Origin: an uncultured Bacilli bacterium
GTDB lineage: Bacteria > Bacillota_I > Bacilli_A > RF39 > UBA660
Direction of reading: 5' to 3'
NCBI GenBank assembly: GCA_947632325.1
Contig: CANROU010000004.1
Location: 16,307 to 80,306 of the forward strand
DNA: 64,000 nt
The position numbers and the translations under genes are program-made. Within the stretch, counting starts at the first letter, position 1. The number at the start of each line of letters is the position of its first letter. A model generated the notes under the pieces. It did no database searches. It was not told the origin of the DNA and saw only the letters and a program-made list of their open reading frames with translations. Positions 54,613-64,000 of the stretch are shown piece by piece.

Positions 54613-55728
54613 ATGAAAAAAGTCGTAATTGGAATGAGTGGGGGAGTGGATTCATCCGTCGCTGCTATTTTATTAAAAGAACAAGGCTATGAAGTTATTG
54701 GTTTATTTATGCGCAATTGGGATAGTTCTATTAATAATGATATACTAGGTAATCCAGATCTTAATAATAATATTTGTCCTCAAGAACAAGATTATAATGA
54801 TGCCTTAGAAGTGTGTCAAAAAATAGGTATACCTCTTCATCGCATTGACTTTGTAAAAGAATATTGGGATTATGTTTTCACATATTTTTTAGAAGAATTA
54901 AAGAAGGGTAGAACTCCTAACCCTGATATTATGTGCAATAAATATATTAAATTTGATTATTTTGTTAAAGAAGCAAAAAGATTAGGGGCTGATTATATTG
55001 CTACAGGTCATTATGCCCGCTATAGTGATGGTTATCTTTTAAGAGCTGTTGATAATAATAAAGATCAAACTTATTTTTTATCACAATTAAGTAGCGAACA
55101 ATTAAAAAATGTTTTATTCCCCATTGGTGATTTGACGAAAGATAAAGTAAGAGAAATTGCCAATAAATATCAACTAGTAACGGCTAATAAAAAAGACTCA
55201 ACAGGTATTTGTTTTATTGGAGAACGAAACTTTAAAAAATTTTTGCAGAATTATCTACCTAATCAACCAGGTAATATTATAAATATAGAAAATAATCAAA
55301 TAATTGGTGAACATGTAGGACTTATGTATTATACAATAGGTCAACGAAAGGGCCTAGATATTGGTGGAAATAAAGAACGATTATTCGTAGTTGGTAAAGA
55401 TTTAAAACAAAATATTTTATATGTAGCATTAGGGGATGATAATCCTTATCTATATTCTAACGCTTGTATTTTAGAAGAAATAAATTTTAATTGCGAATTA
55501 AGGCCTCAATTTTGTACAGCTAAATTTCGTTATCGTCAAGTTGATCACGATGTTCAATTAGAATATTTGGATAATGGTAATATTAAATGCTACTATGATA
55601 ATATTAAAGCTGTTACCCCTGGTCAAGCATGTGTATTTTATGTTAATGATAAATGTATAGGCGGAGGTATCATAAAAGAATGTTATAAAGATGATAAAAA
55701 ATTATGGTATCTTCTACCTGAGGTATAA
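54613..55728 (+). CDS. mnmA: tRNA 2-thiouridine(34) synthase MnmA
   Basis: PP-loop [15 protein letters not shown] and catalytic Cys contexts. The ATG at 54613 follows GGTGAG. The track's extension (54541) covers the terminator. Confidence 0.93.
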   Translation: MKKVVIGMSGGVDSSVAAILLKEQGYEVIGLFMRNWDSSINNDILGNPDLNNNICPQEQDYNDALEVCQKIGIPLHRIDFVKEYWDYVFTYFLEELKKGRTPNPDIMCNKYIKFDYFVKEAKRLGADYIATGHYARYSDGYLLRAVDNNKDQTYFLSQLSSEQLKNVLFPIGDLTKDKVREIANKYQLVTANKKDSTGICFIGERNFKKFLQNYLPNQPGNIINIENNQIIGEHVGLMYYTIGQRKGLDIGGNKERLFVVGKDLKQNILYVALGDDNPYLYSNACILEEINFNCELRPQFCTAKFRYRQVDHDVQLEYLDNGNIKCYYDNIKAVTPGQACVFYVNDKCIGGGIIKECYKDDKKLWYLLPEV

Positions 55729-55741
55729 CTAGAAAATATCC

Positions 55742-55771
55742 TTGACTATTTACGTAAATTTACGATAAAAT
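55742..55771 (+). promoter_or_regulatory. Sigma-A promoter with an embedded palindrome/direct repeat (TTTACGTAAA; TTTACG x2)
   Basis: TTGACT, 17-18 nt spacer, (A)TAAAAT. The spacer contains the perfect palindrome TTTACGTAAA (55749-55758) followed by a second TTTACG. Confidence 0.55.
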
Positions 55772-55792
55772 GACATTAGGGAGGAATTAAAT

Positions 55793-56560
55793 ATGGAAAA
55801 ATTAAATAATGTCCTTGCAGAACTTGGTATTTCAAAAGTTCGTTTAGCCAAATATTTAGGTGTATCAAGACAAATGTTATATAACTATTTAGCCACTGAA
55901 TCATTTGATGATTGGCCAAAAGAAAAAGCTGTAAAAATATTTAGTTTATTACAACTTAAATCAAAAGAAGATTTAGATAATTTAAAAGTAGATGGCGAAT
56001 ATATTATTGCTGTTGAAGGACGCCTTAATGAAGGTGTAAAAGATAGTTCAAACAAAGAAGCATTAGCGGATCTTAAAGGTTTTAATAAAAAAGATCAAGA
56101 ATTGCTTTATGACATTATTAATTTATTAAAAGAAAAATTGGCTGATGATAAATCAAGAAATACTTACCATGCATATCGATATTTATATCATTTTTTACAA
56201 TCAATGGAAACTAATAAAGAATTATATTATATTTTAGCTTATATGTCTAAAGCCTTAGGATTCACTGAACCAATGGAATTTTTCTTTAATAAAGAACAGC
56301 AGTTTATATTTGAAAGTATCCTTTTTTCAGCCATGACCTTATATAATAATGGTGGTGCTAGTAAAAATAAAATTGCAGAATCTCACAAACGCTTTGTTCA
56401 AGATATCGAACATAAAAATGAAGAAAAATTAAGTAGAACTCAGGAATTAAATACAGCTAAAGTACAGGCCTTAAAAGAATTAGGCTATACAGAAATTAAT
56501 GAAGAAAACGCTAAAGAAGTATTAGAAAAAATAGCTGAAATACAATCACGAAAAGTATAA
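55793..56560 (+). CDS. Hypothetical protein with an N-terminal helix-turn-helix
   Basis: LGISKVRLAKYLGVSRQMLYNYL is HTH-like. The remaining ~190 aa are helical with no family recognised. Confidence 0.6.
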   Translation: MEKLNNVLAELGISKVRLAKYLGVSRQMLYNYLATESFDDWPKEKAVKIFSLLQLKSKEDLDNLKVDGEYIIAVEGRLNEGVKDSSNKEALADLKGFNKKDQELLYDIINLLKEKLADDKSRNTYHAYRYLYHFLQSMETNKELYYILAYMSKALGFTEPMEFFFNKEQQFIFESILFSAMTLYNNGGASKNKIAESHKRFVQDIEHKNEEKLSRTQELNTAKVQALKELGYTEINEENAKEVLEKIAEIQSRKV

Positions 56561-56625
56561 ATAATGGCCTTTTAGGGCTATTTTTTGTGACTAAAATTAA
56601 TTTGTCAAGTCTAAATAAATTTATT

Positions 56626-56645
56626 TATGTCAAAAATATGTCAAA
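56626..56645 (+). promoter_or_regulatory. Direct repeat TATGTCAAA-AA-TATGTCAAA abutting the -35 of the surface-protein promoter
   Basis: Two exact 9-mers with 11-nt periodicity end 5 nt before TTGCTA (56650-55). That is followed by a 17-nt spacer and TATACT (56673-78). A related TTTGTCAAG lies at 56601. Confidence 0.45.
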
Positions 56646-56733
56646 TTAATTGCTAGTTACCCCAGAAAATGCTATACTTAATTTGTATTATAAAGTCCGT
56701 TATAATATAGAAAATTAAAGTAGGGAGGTTTAT

Positions 56734-58899
56734 ATGAAGGACAAGCAAAATAAAAAAATTGTCATTATTGTTATTGCCATTATTATTATTTTGTTAATTT
56801 GTTTATTTAGTATCCGCAGTTGTAATAAAGATGATAGCAAAACTAAAGATAAAGAAATCAATGAAAAAACTAATAGCGATAAAGATAATGATACGTTAGA
56901 CGATGTAGATAGTGATGTAGTAGCTACTACTTTAGAAGTAACAACTTCAAAACCAAATATTTGGCTTAATGGTAGTGATCTTGTATATGTAGAAGTTAAC
57001 AGCACATATAAAGATGAGGGAGCTAGTGCTTTCGATCAAAAATATGGCGATTTAACTGATAAGATTATCGTTAGTAACCCTGTTGACATCAGTCAAATTG
57101 GTACTTATATAATCAGTTATACGGTTATAAATGATGACCATGAAGTAGCAAGTGTTACAAGAACAGTTATCGTAGTAGATACAACAAAACCAACAATTGA
57201 ATATAAGGAAGGAGTAGAGGAAGGGCAAATTATTCAAATAGATGCTAGCAAATATGATAGCTTTATGGATCATGCCGTAGTAGGATTAGATAATTCTAAT
57301 GATGTACGATTAGAAATGACTTATTTCTATAAACAAAATATGGAAGATGAATATACTCCAACTACAGACGTAGATCTTAGTAAAATAGGCTATTATAAGG
57401 TACATTATATAGCTGTTGATGGTTCTAATAATAAATCTAATGAATTAGTTGTAGAATATCATGTTCAAGATACAAAGGGGCCAGTTATTACTGTATCAAT
57501 GAATGGTACTATATATCCAATGTTAAATCCAACTGTTACTGTTAATGTTGAAGATGAATATACTGATGTTAGTAAAATTGAATATGCCTGGGTAACAGAT
57601 TTAACCAAAGTAGAAGAAATTGATAGCTGGCAAGAAATCAGTGATAATAATGTATTATCATTACCTGGTGATGGAACATATTACTTAATAATAAATGCTG
57701 AAGATGCACTTGGTAATAAAAGTCACTTTGAAAGTGAGGCATTTGAAAAAGATAGCACTTTAGTAGAAACTACTAAATTTATGCTAAATAGTAATGAAAA
57801 CTATAAGGGCATTGATGCTGGAATTAAGATTAATAAATTAGAAAATGTTACAGATGTTAGTATGATTATGGCTAAATTATACAGTAATGATATGTTATTA
57901 GCTACTAATATTAATACCAACAATATTTATAATTTATCATTAAATAATAATAGTTTAGAGTTAACAACTTCATTTATTGTAACTAATAATAATTATCAAG
58001 ATAATTATTGGACAAACATTTATAATAGTGAATATAATCTTACAAATATACCAACTAAAGTTGTATTTGAAGTTTATAAAACTAATGGTGCGGTATATAC
58101 CGTTGAAGCAAATACTTTAGATGAAACTACTGCCTATTGGGAAAGCTTTTTCTATGATTTTGATTTACTTGTAGGTCAAGATAGAGGTAATTATAACAAT
58201 TTAACTGAAGCTCTTAGTGCAGTAGGGGAAGAAGGAACAATTATGCTTCTCCCTGGAACTTATGATAGTCCAATTGAAATAACTAAAAATGTAACTATTT
58301 TTGGCCTAAATCGTGAAAATACAATTATTACAACTACAACTAATCCAGTTACTAGAGAACTAGATAATTATTACGGTCAAAATCCTGTAATATATGTTAA
58401 TAATGGTGAACTAAAATTAAGTGGAGTAACAGTTAGTGGTAATGTTGGAGTTAATATTCCTATCGATGGTATAACCGTCAATAATGGTAATCTAAATTTA
58501 GATAACGTTATTATTACCAATATAAGAAGTAATACCGGTTATACTGGAGCACAATATGGTCGTGGTATCACAGCCTATGGTACTTCAACTATTAATATTA
58601 ATAATTGTCACATTAACAATTTTAATAAAAACGGTGCTCATTTCATTGGTACTGGTGTTAATGCTACCATTACAAATACCACCTTCATAGGCGCTGGTAA
58701 AACTGCAGGAGCCGCTCAAAATGGAGTAGTCTTCATGGATGGAGCAAATGGTAGAGTAGATAATAATAATTTTATTAATTTCCAATATTATGATAGTGAA
58801 GCTGCACAATCATATGGTATTTTAAAATATAATAACGACTCTGGTAATGTTCAAATTGGCAACAATAATTTTATTGATTGTGACGGAAATTATAATTAA
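56734..58899 (+). CDS. Cell-surface protein: N-terminal anchor, Ig-like (DUF5011-type) domains and a C-terminal right-handed beta-helix
   Basis: TM helix, then repeats of the type ...GTYIISYTVINDDHEVASVTRTVIVVDTTKP and ...GYYKVHYIAVDGSNNKSNELVVEYHVQDTKGP. The C-terminus has NosD/pectin-lyase-like repeats (GITVNNGNLNLDNVIITN..., INNCHINNFNKNGAH...). Confidence 0.7.
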   Translation: MKDKQNKKIVIIVIAIIIILLICLFSIRSCNKDDSKTKDKEINEKTNSDKDNDTLDDVDSDVVATTLEVTTSKPNIWLNGSDLVYVEVNSTYKDEGASAFDQKYGDLTDKIIVSNPVDISQIGTYIISYTVINDDHEVASVTRTVIVVDTTKPTIEYKEGVEEGQIIQIDASKYDSFMDHAVVGLDNSNDVRLEMTYFYKQNMEDEYTPTTDVDLSKIGYYKVHYIAVDGSNNKSNELVVEYHVQDTKGPVITVSMNGTIYPMLNPTVTVNVEDEYTDVSKIEYAWVTDLTKVEEIDSWQEISDNNVLSLPGDGTYYLIINAEDALGNKSHFESEAFEKDSTLVETTKFMLNSNENYKGIDAGIKINKLENVTDVSMIMAKLYSNDMLLATNINTNNIYNLSLNNNSLELTTSFIVTNNNYQDNYWTNIYNSEYNLTNIPTKVVFEVYKTNGAVYTVEANTLDETTAYWESFFYDFDLLVGQDRGNYNNLTEALSAVGEEGTIMLLPGTYDSPIEITKNVTIFGLNRENTIITTTTNPVTRELDNYYGQNPVIYVNNGELKLSGVTVSGNVGVNIPIDGITVNNGNLNLDNVIITNIRSNTGYTGAQYGRGITAYGTSTININNCHINNFNKNGAHFIGTGVNATITNTTFIGAGKTAGAAQNGVVFMDGANGRVDNNNFINFQYYDSEAAQSYGILKYNNDSGNVQIGNNNFIDCDGNYN

Positions 58900-59088
58900 A
58901 ATTATATATTAACTAAAAAAGATGCATTTCTTTAAGGAATGTATCTTTTATTATTTTATAAATTTATAAAGAAGAGAATAAGATAAAATATATTGATTTT
59001 TTATATTTTAATATTATTATTATTTAAAAATTATCAAGTTCTGTGCACTATTATTAACTTCCTATAATTGATATTATGTTAACTTCTG

Positions 59089-59523
59089 TTATGATACCTT
59101 AAACATAATATTATTAGTAACTACCTTTGAATAAAATATTATACCATATTCACTTAATTGTGGTACATCAAAAGCTATTATAACCTGCTTGCTATTATGA
59201 GGCGAAATAGATATTGCATTATTCATAATAGCTTGATACGTTTGATTTTTAATCGATATAACAAAATTATCCTTATCAATTATCTTACTTTCTTTAAAAT
59301 TATTTTTTATTTCAAAAGTCAATATAAGATATTGACCATTTTTATTTTCTAGATTATTATATTGCGAACTATAATTATAATTTAATAACTTAATATTATA
59401 ATTATCTATTATTGCATCTTCCCTAACCTTATATTCTGTTTTAATATCATTAGGTTGATCGAAATTACAACCTATTGTTAAAATACATACTAATAATATG
59501 ATGATAATATTTTTAACCTTCAT
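59089..59523 (-). CDS. Lipoprotein, DUF4352-like
   Basis: Lipobox LTIG|C. The beta-sandwich pattern YLILTFEIKN...SISPHNSKQVIIAFDVP resembles DUF4352. The ATG at 59523 follows AAAGGTAGGTGAG. Confidence 0.6.
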   Translation of the reverse strand: MKVKNIIIILLVCILTIGCNFDQPNDIKTEYKVREDAIIDNYNIKLLNYNYSSQYNNLENKNGQYLILTFEIKNNFKESKIIDKDNFVISIKNQTYQAIMNNAISISPHNSKQVIIAFDVPQLSEYGIIFYSKVVTNNIMFKVS

Positions 59524-59624
59524 AACACTCACCTACCTTTAATTATATCTAATAATAGGGGAAAATACTATTCTTTTGTATAAAAATTATATATTTACCA
59601 ATACTATTATTGGAGGTAAATATT

Positions 59625-59810
59625 ATGAAAAAGAAAAAAAATCCTAGTATAAAGTGTGATGTAGAATCTTGTAAACATAATGATACAAGTTGCGGTTACT
59701 GTGATTTAAATGAAATTAAAATTAGTTGTAATTGCCAACCTACTGAAGCAGAAGACAAGGATTCTACTATATGTGAGAGTTTTGAGTGTGATAATAAAAA
59801 GGACTGTTAG
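59625..59810 (+). CDS. DUF1540 family cysteine-rich small protein
   Basis: IKCDVESCKHNDTSCGYCDLNEIKIS matches the DUF1540 pattern C-x-V-x-x-C-x-(H/Y)-N...C...I. The ATG at 59625 lies 7 nt after GGAGGT. Confidence 0.65.
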   Translation: MKKKKNPSIKCDVESCKHNDTSCGYCDLNEIKISCNCQPTEAEDKDSTICESFECDNKKDC

Positions 59811-59820
59811 TCCTTTTTAT
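59796..59820. terminator. Bidirectional terminator between the DUF1540 gene and deoB
   Basis: AAAGGACT-gtt-AGTCCTTT flanked by an A-run and a T-run. Confidence 0.7.
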
Positions 59821-59843
59821 TATTAGAATTAAATATTTATCCT

Positions 59844-61013
59844 CTACTTTAATTGATCTAAAAAACTATTACCGATTAATGGCTTATTTACCTCAAAATT
59901 ATCAGCAATAGTTGCACCAATATCAGCTAAACTATTTAACATATTTAAGCGTTTAGGCTCCATAAATTTACGACTAAAGATTACTACCGGTACATTTTCC
60001 CTAGTATGTTCTCCCCCATGAAAGGTAGGATCATTACCATGATCAGCTGTAATAATTAATAAATCTTCTAAACCTAATTTATTTAATAATATAGGAATTT
60101 CAACATCTAATTCTTCAATAGCTTTAGCGTATCCTTCTAAATCCTGTTTATGACCATAATTACTATCAAATTCGTTTAAATTAGCAAAACATAGTCCCGT
60201 AAAATTTTTATCCATTATATTAGTTAATTTATTAATAGCTTCTAAATTAGTAGGAGCTTTCATTATTTTAGTTATACCCTCTCCATCAAATATATCACTT
60301 ATTTTACCAATTGCAATCACACTATAACCATTCTCTTTTAAGGAGTCCAGTACTGAATGATGTGGTGGTTTAATAGCATAATCACGACGTTCATTGCTCA
60401 ATTTTTTAAATTTACCTGGTTTACCGGTGAAAGGACGCGCAATAATTCTCCCTACCCTCCATTCATCACGTTTTGTAATCTCTCGAATTTTTTCGCAATA
60501 TTGATATAACTGGGCAACAGGTATAACATCTTCATGGGCAGCAACTTGTAAATTAGAGTCTGCAGAAGTATATATAATTAAAGAACCATAATTAAGTTGT
60601 CTTTCACCTAACTCATTAATAATTTCATCTGTTTCGGCATATTTATTACCTATAACTCTACGTCCTGTTACTTGTTCAATAGTATCGATAAGTTCTCTTG
60701 GAAATCCTGAATTATTAAAAGTTTTAAAAGCTCTTTTACTTTCAATACCCATTATTTCATAATGTCCCGCTAAACTATCTTTACCGACATTAGTTGGCCT
60801 AGCAATAGTATAATAAGCATCTACATCTTCATTTTCAGCCATATTAATCGTATTTAAAAGACCTAATTTTTTAAGATTTGGAACAAATAAATCTCCTTTT
60901 TCCATTATGTGTCCTAGAGTGTTAGCTCCCTTATCTTGATAATTATCAGCATCAATGCTTTCCCCTACTCCTAACGAATCTAAAACTAACAAAAATACTC
61001 TTTTAAATTTCAT
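59844..61013 (-). CDS. deoB: Phosphopentomutase
   Basis: FKRVFLLVLDSLGVGE N-terminus and metal-binding motifs (ADHGNDPT). The ATG at 61013 follows GAAGGAGA and starts 1 nt after the xerD stop. Confidence 0.93.
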   Translation of the reverse strand: MKFKRVFLLVLDSLGVGESIDADNYQDKGANTLGHIMEKGDLFVPNLKKLGLLNTINMAENEDVDAYYTIARPTNVGKDSLAGHYEIMGIESKRAFKTFNNSGFPRELIDTIEQVTGRRVIGNKYAETDEIINELGERQLNYGSLIIYTSADSNLQVAAHEDVIPVAQLYQYCEKIREITKRDEWRVGRIIARPFTGKPGKFKKLSNERRDYAIKPPHHSVLDSLKENGYSVIAIGKISDIFDGEGITKIMKAPTNLEAINKLTNIMDKNFTGLCFANLNEFDSNYGHKQDLEGYAKAIEELDVEIPILLNKLGLEDLLIITADHGNDPTFHGGEHTRENVPVVIFSRKFMEPKRLNMLNSLADIGATIADNFEVNKPLIGNSFLDQLK

Positions 61014-61014
61014 A

Positions 61015-61920
61015 TTATTCATCTCCTTCAATGTGATTTCGTGGATGATATTTTTGATACTCTTCCCTTATGCGTTTATCACTAACATGAGTATAAATTT
61101 TAGTAGTAGTGATATCAGCATGTCCCAACAATTCCTGTATACTACGCAAATCAGCTCCATTATCTAATAAATGAGTAGCAAAACTATGGCGTAAAGTATG
61201 AGGGGTAACTGTTTTACTTATATTTTTTTTATCTAATAACTTTTTCAATATTTTAAAAAAGCCTTGGCGGGTAATAGGTTTACCATGATTATTCAAAAAC
61301 AGCATATTACTGTTTGTTTTTTTAACTAACTCTGGTCTATGTTGTAAATATTTTTGTAAACTATCTATACTGTATTCGCCTAGTGGTAAAATACGTTCCT
61401 TACTGCCTTTACCTAATACCCTAATGACACAATTAATAAAATCGATATCATCTAATGTAACATTAATAAGTTCTGATATTCTTAACCCTGAACCATACAT
61501 TAATTCTAACATGGCTTTATTACGATAATCAAAAGCAGACTCCAAAGGAATATCCAATAAATTATTAATTTCTTCAGCACTTAATACATTGGGAATTTTT
61601 TTGCGCAATTTTGGTCTAGCTAAAGAATCAGTTACATCATTTTCAATTAAATGCTGTCTAAATAAATGCTTATGAAAGTTTCTAATAGTAGTTAATTGAT
61701 GTGCCATAGTAGTAGTTGCTGTTTTTTTATTAGATAGCCATTTTAAATATGCCTCAACATTTTCAGTTTTAATATTGTCAATATTATTAATACCCTGATT
61801 TTGTAAATAATATATATATGTTTTTAAATCATAATAATATGATTTAAGAGTATTATTAGCCAAATGCCTTTCAAATCGACAATAATTTAAATATTCATCC
61901 AAACCATCCTCTACTTTCAT
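61015..61920 (-). CDS. xerD: Site-specific tyrosine recombinase XerD (RipX-like)
   Basis: Catalytic residues R (GLRISEL), HxxR (HTLRHSFATHLL), H and Y (LLGHADITTTKIYTHV). The xerD-deoB arrangement matches Bacillus. Confidence 0.85.
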   Translation of the reverse strand: MKVEDGLDEYLNYCRFERHLANNTLKSYYYDLKTYIYYLQNQGINNIDNIKTENVEAYLKWLSNKKTATTTMAHQLTTIRNFHKHLFRQHLIENDVTDSLARPKLRKKIPNVLSAEEINNLLDIPLESAFDYRNKAMLELMYGSGLRISELINVTLDDIDFINCVIRVLGKGSKERILPLGEYSIDSLQKYLQHRPELVKKTNSNMLFLNNHGKPITRQGFFKILKKLLDKKNISKTVTPHTLRHSFATHLLDNGADLRSIQELLGHADITTTKIYTHVSDKRIREEYQKYHPRNHIEGDE

Positions 61921-62037
61921 TTCATTCACCAACAATATTATACAAAAAATATAAGATAAATTCAACCATAGGTCATAATTAACTATTATTACTTTGCACT
62001 TCTTATATTTTTTGATAAAATAAAAGTGGTGATAAAA

Positions 62038-63261
62038 ATGGATATTGATAAACCATTAGCATTAATGATGGCCCCCAAATCTTTAACAGACATAATTGGC
62101 CAAGAACATTTGCTAGGAAAAGATAAAATAATAACTAATCTGATTAAAAATAAAAAATTATTTTCCATGATTTTATATGGTAAACCAGGTATAGGTAAAA
62201 CTTCTTTAGCTTTAGCAATGGTTCAAGATTTACAAATAAGATATCGCTTTTTAAATGCTGTTATTAATCAAAAAAAAGATTTTGATATAGTGATAGAAGA
62301 AGCTAAAATGTATGGTAATATCTGCTTAATAGTTGATGAAATACATCGTTTAAATAAAGATAAACAAGATTTATTATTACCACAACTAGAAAATGGTAGA
62401 ATTACCTTAATTGGTATGACTACAGCTAATCCATATCATCGAATTAATCCCGCAATTAGGAGTCGATGTCATTTATTTGAATTACATGAATTAACTACTG
62501 AAAACATTTTAACTGGTTTAAATAAGGCTATAAAACATCCTATGCTAAATGGTATAAAAGTCACAAATCAAGTATTAAAATATATTGCTCAGTTATCAGG
62601 TAATGATCTACGTTATGCCTATAATATGCTGGAATTAGCGTATTTTGGCAAAGATGATCATAATTTAACAATGGAATATATTAAAAGTATTACTAACAAA
62701 CCCATTTTCTTTCATGACAAAAACGAAAGTGGATATTACGATGTTTTATCAGCCTTTCAAAAATCTATACGTGGTAGTGATGTTCAAGCTTCTTTACACT
62801 ATTTAGGTCGCTTAATTGAAGCTGGCGATTTAGAAAGTATTTATAGAAGAATGAGTGTTATTGCTTATGAAGACATTGGTTTAGCTAATCCTTCCATTGG
62901 TCCTAAAGTGATGGCCGCTATTGAAGCCAGTGAATTAGTTGGCTTACCTGAAGCTCGTATACCCTTAGCTACTATCGTCTGTGAAATGGCTCTATCCCCT
63001 AAATCAAATACCGCAATCACAGCCATTGATAAAGTTTTAGATGACATTCACAGTGGTAACTGCGGTAATGTTCCAGCACACCTTAAAAATCCCTCAAATG
63101 AATATAAATACCCTCACAATTACCCCAATAGCTATGTTGTTCAACAATATTTACCTGATAATATTAAACATAAAAAATATTACGAGCCAAAATCATCTGG
63201 TTATGAAGCAAGTTTAAAAGAAGTATACTTAAAAATTGAACAACTAAAAAAAGGAACATAG
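62038..63261 (+). CDS. rarA: Replication-associated recombination protein A (RarA/MgsA AAA+ ATPase)
   Basis: Walker A GKPGIGKTS, Walker B LIVDEIHR, and the C-terminal MgsA domain (SIRGSDVQASLHYL). Confidence 0.92.
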   Translation: MDIDKPLALMMAPKSLTDIIGQEHLLGKDKIITNLIKNKKLFSMILYGKPGIGKTSLALAMVQDLQIRYRFLNAVINQKKDFDIVIEEAKMYGNICLIVDEIHRLNKDKQDLLLPQLENGRITLIGMTTANPYHRINPAIRSRCHLFELHELTTENILTGLNKAIKHPMLNGIKVTNQVLKYIAQLSGNDLRYAYNMLELAYFGKDDHNLTMEYIKSITNKPIFFHDKNESGYYDVLSAFQKSIRGSDVQASLHYLGRLIEAGDLESIYRRMSVIAYEDIGLANPSIGPKVMAAIEASELVGLPEARIPLATIVCEMALSPKSNTAITAIDKVLDDIHSGNCGNVPAHLKNPSNEYKYPHNYPNSYVVQQYLPDNIKHKKYYEPKSSGYEASLKEVYLKIEQLKKGT

Positions 63262-63264
63262 TTC

Positions 63265-64000
63265 CTATAAATTCAAAATAAATTTTTCTAATCCTCTTTC
63301 ACTGGAATTAATTTCGCCACTTTTAATTTGAAAATCAATTTCAGCTAATGATGATAAACAATTTAATATTTCAATATCTTCGTATTGATAACTACTACCA
63401 ATAGCTTTCTGTATCCTATAAGGATGTATTTTCAACATTTGTTGCATTTGATCTTTAGAATAATTGTATCTTAACAATACTTTTACTTGATATAAAAGTC
63501 GAAATTGATTAGCTAATAAACCAATAATTGATAATGGTTCAAACCCTAATTTATTTACTAAATTATAATAGTATGTTAAACATTGCCTTTTATTCTTTTG
63601 AATAAAAGCATTAACAAAATCAAAAATATATTGATCATTTATAATTAACTGTGGCATAACTAATTGTTCAACATCCTTGACAGTAATATATTTACTATCC
63701 AAGCAATATAACTTTAATTTTTCACATTCTTGATAAAGTTTATTACTATTATTATCACAATAAGCAAGTAAAGTAGTAATACTACCAGGTTCTAAATTAT
63801 AATTATGTAAAAATTGTTTAGCTAAAGTAGCCAAATCCACATTAGGTTCGATTAAATTAGCTACTTTTTTTAATTCATTGACTATTTTTTTTCGGGCATC
63901 TAACTGATTAGCTATTAAAATTAAATAATAATCAGGATTATAATTATGTAAATAATCTATAAAATGTTTTTCTAGTTTTTCGTCTAATTTCTTACTACTA
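63265..64000 (-). CDS. holA: DNA polymerase III delta subunit, partial (5' end beyond the window)
   Basis: My own reading shows the minus-strand frame stays open from 63840 to the window edge (...DARKKIVNELKKVANLIEPNVDLATLAKQ...). The C-terminal domain pattern fits HolA. Confidence 0.8.
   Translation of the reverse strand, partial: SSKKLDEKLEKHFIDYLHNYNPDYYLILIANQLDARKKIVNELKKVANLIEPNVDLATLAKQFLHNYNLEPGSITTLLAYCDNNSNKLYQECEKLKLYCLDSKYITVKDVEQLVMPQLIINDQYIFDFVNAFIQKNKRQCLTYYYNLVNKLGFEPLSIIGLLANQFRLLYQVKVLLRYNYSKDQMQQMLKIHPYRIQKAIGSSYQYEDIEILNCLSSLAEIDFQIKSGEINSSERGLEKFILNL

Noticed and set aside
61015-61920. Tyrosine recombinase as a mobile-element integrase (possibly for the 45.9-54.5 kb module)
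   Set aside because: It has full XerD-type motifs and the conserved xerD-deoB arrangement. It lies 6.5 kb from the repeat-flanked module, so it is a housekeeping dif recombinase.
1-64000. CRISPR arrays, IS elements, prophage, restriction-modification or other recognised defence systems
   Set aside because: I saw no arrays of regularly spaced repeats, no transposase, cas or phage structural genes, and no methyltransferase or nuclease pairs. All long ORFs are accounted for by housekeeping, envelope or hypothetical membrane and surface proteins.

Overview
This is a strongly AT-rich, low-GC Firmicute chromosome segment using the standard genetic code (TGA acts as a stop). Most of it is housekeeping, in Bacillus-like order: rpsU-yqfC-yqfD-ybeY-dgkA-era-yqzL-recO-glyQS, infC-rpmI-rplT, rpsB-tsf-frr, pheST, yceD-rpmF, addBA, mutS, nusB-xseAB, mnmA, xerD-deoB, rarA and holA. 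Sporulation genes (yqfC, yqfD, spoIVB, spoIIM, sspI) indicate an endospore former. I recognise one tRNA-Arg(CCU), an L20 leader, a Phe T-box and several consensus sigma-A promoters and intrinsic terminators. There are no CRISPR arrays, transposases or prophage genes.

Observations worth a second look:
1. A ~590-nt structured non-coding transcript with its own promoter and terminator lies directly upstream of a 4-TM protein. It is best explained as an OLE RNA/OapA locus.
2. Ribosomal protein L32 carries an N-terminal MLKLDIQLF|A extension that matches the Prp-cleaved propeptide normally found on L27.
3. L20 and S2 both carry the same C-terminal HeH/Rho_N-like module.
4. Two double-glycine-leader peptide genes, too short for the ORF track, sit behind a C39-peptidase ABC exporter. 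This looks like a two-peptide bacteriocin locus.
5. An ~8.7-kb accessory module is bracketed by an 18-nt direct repeat. It encodes an envelope-stress-like two-component system, and three of its promoters share a near-identical 19-nt direct-repeat operator.

All functional calls come from motif and family recognition by eye. No searches were run.
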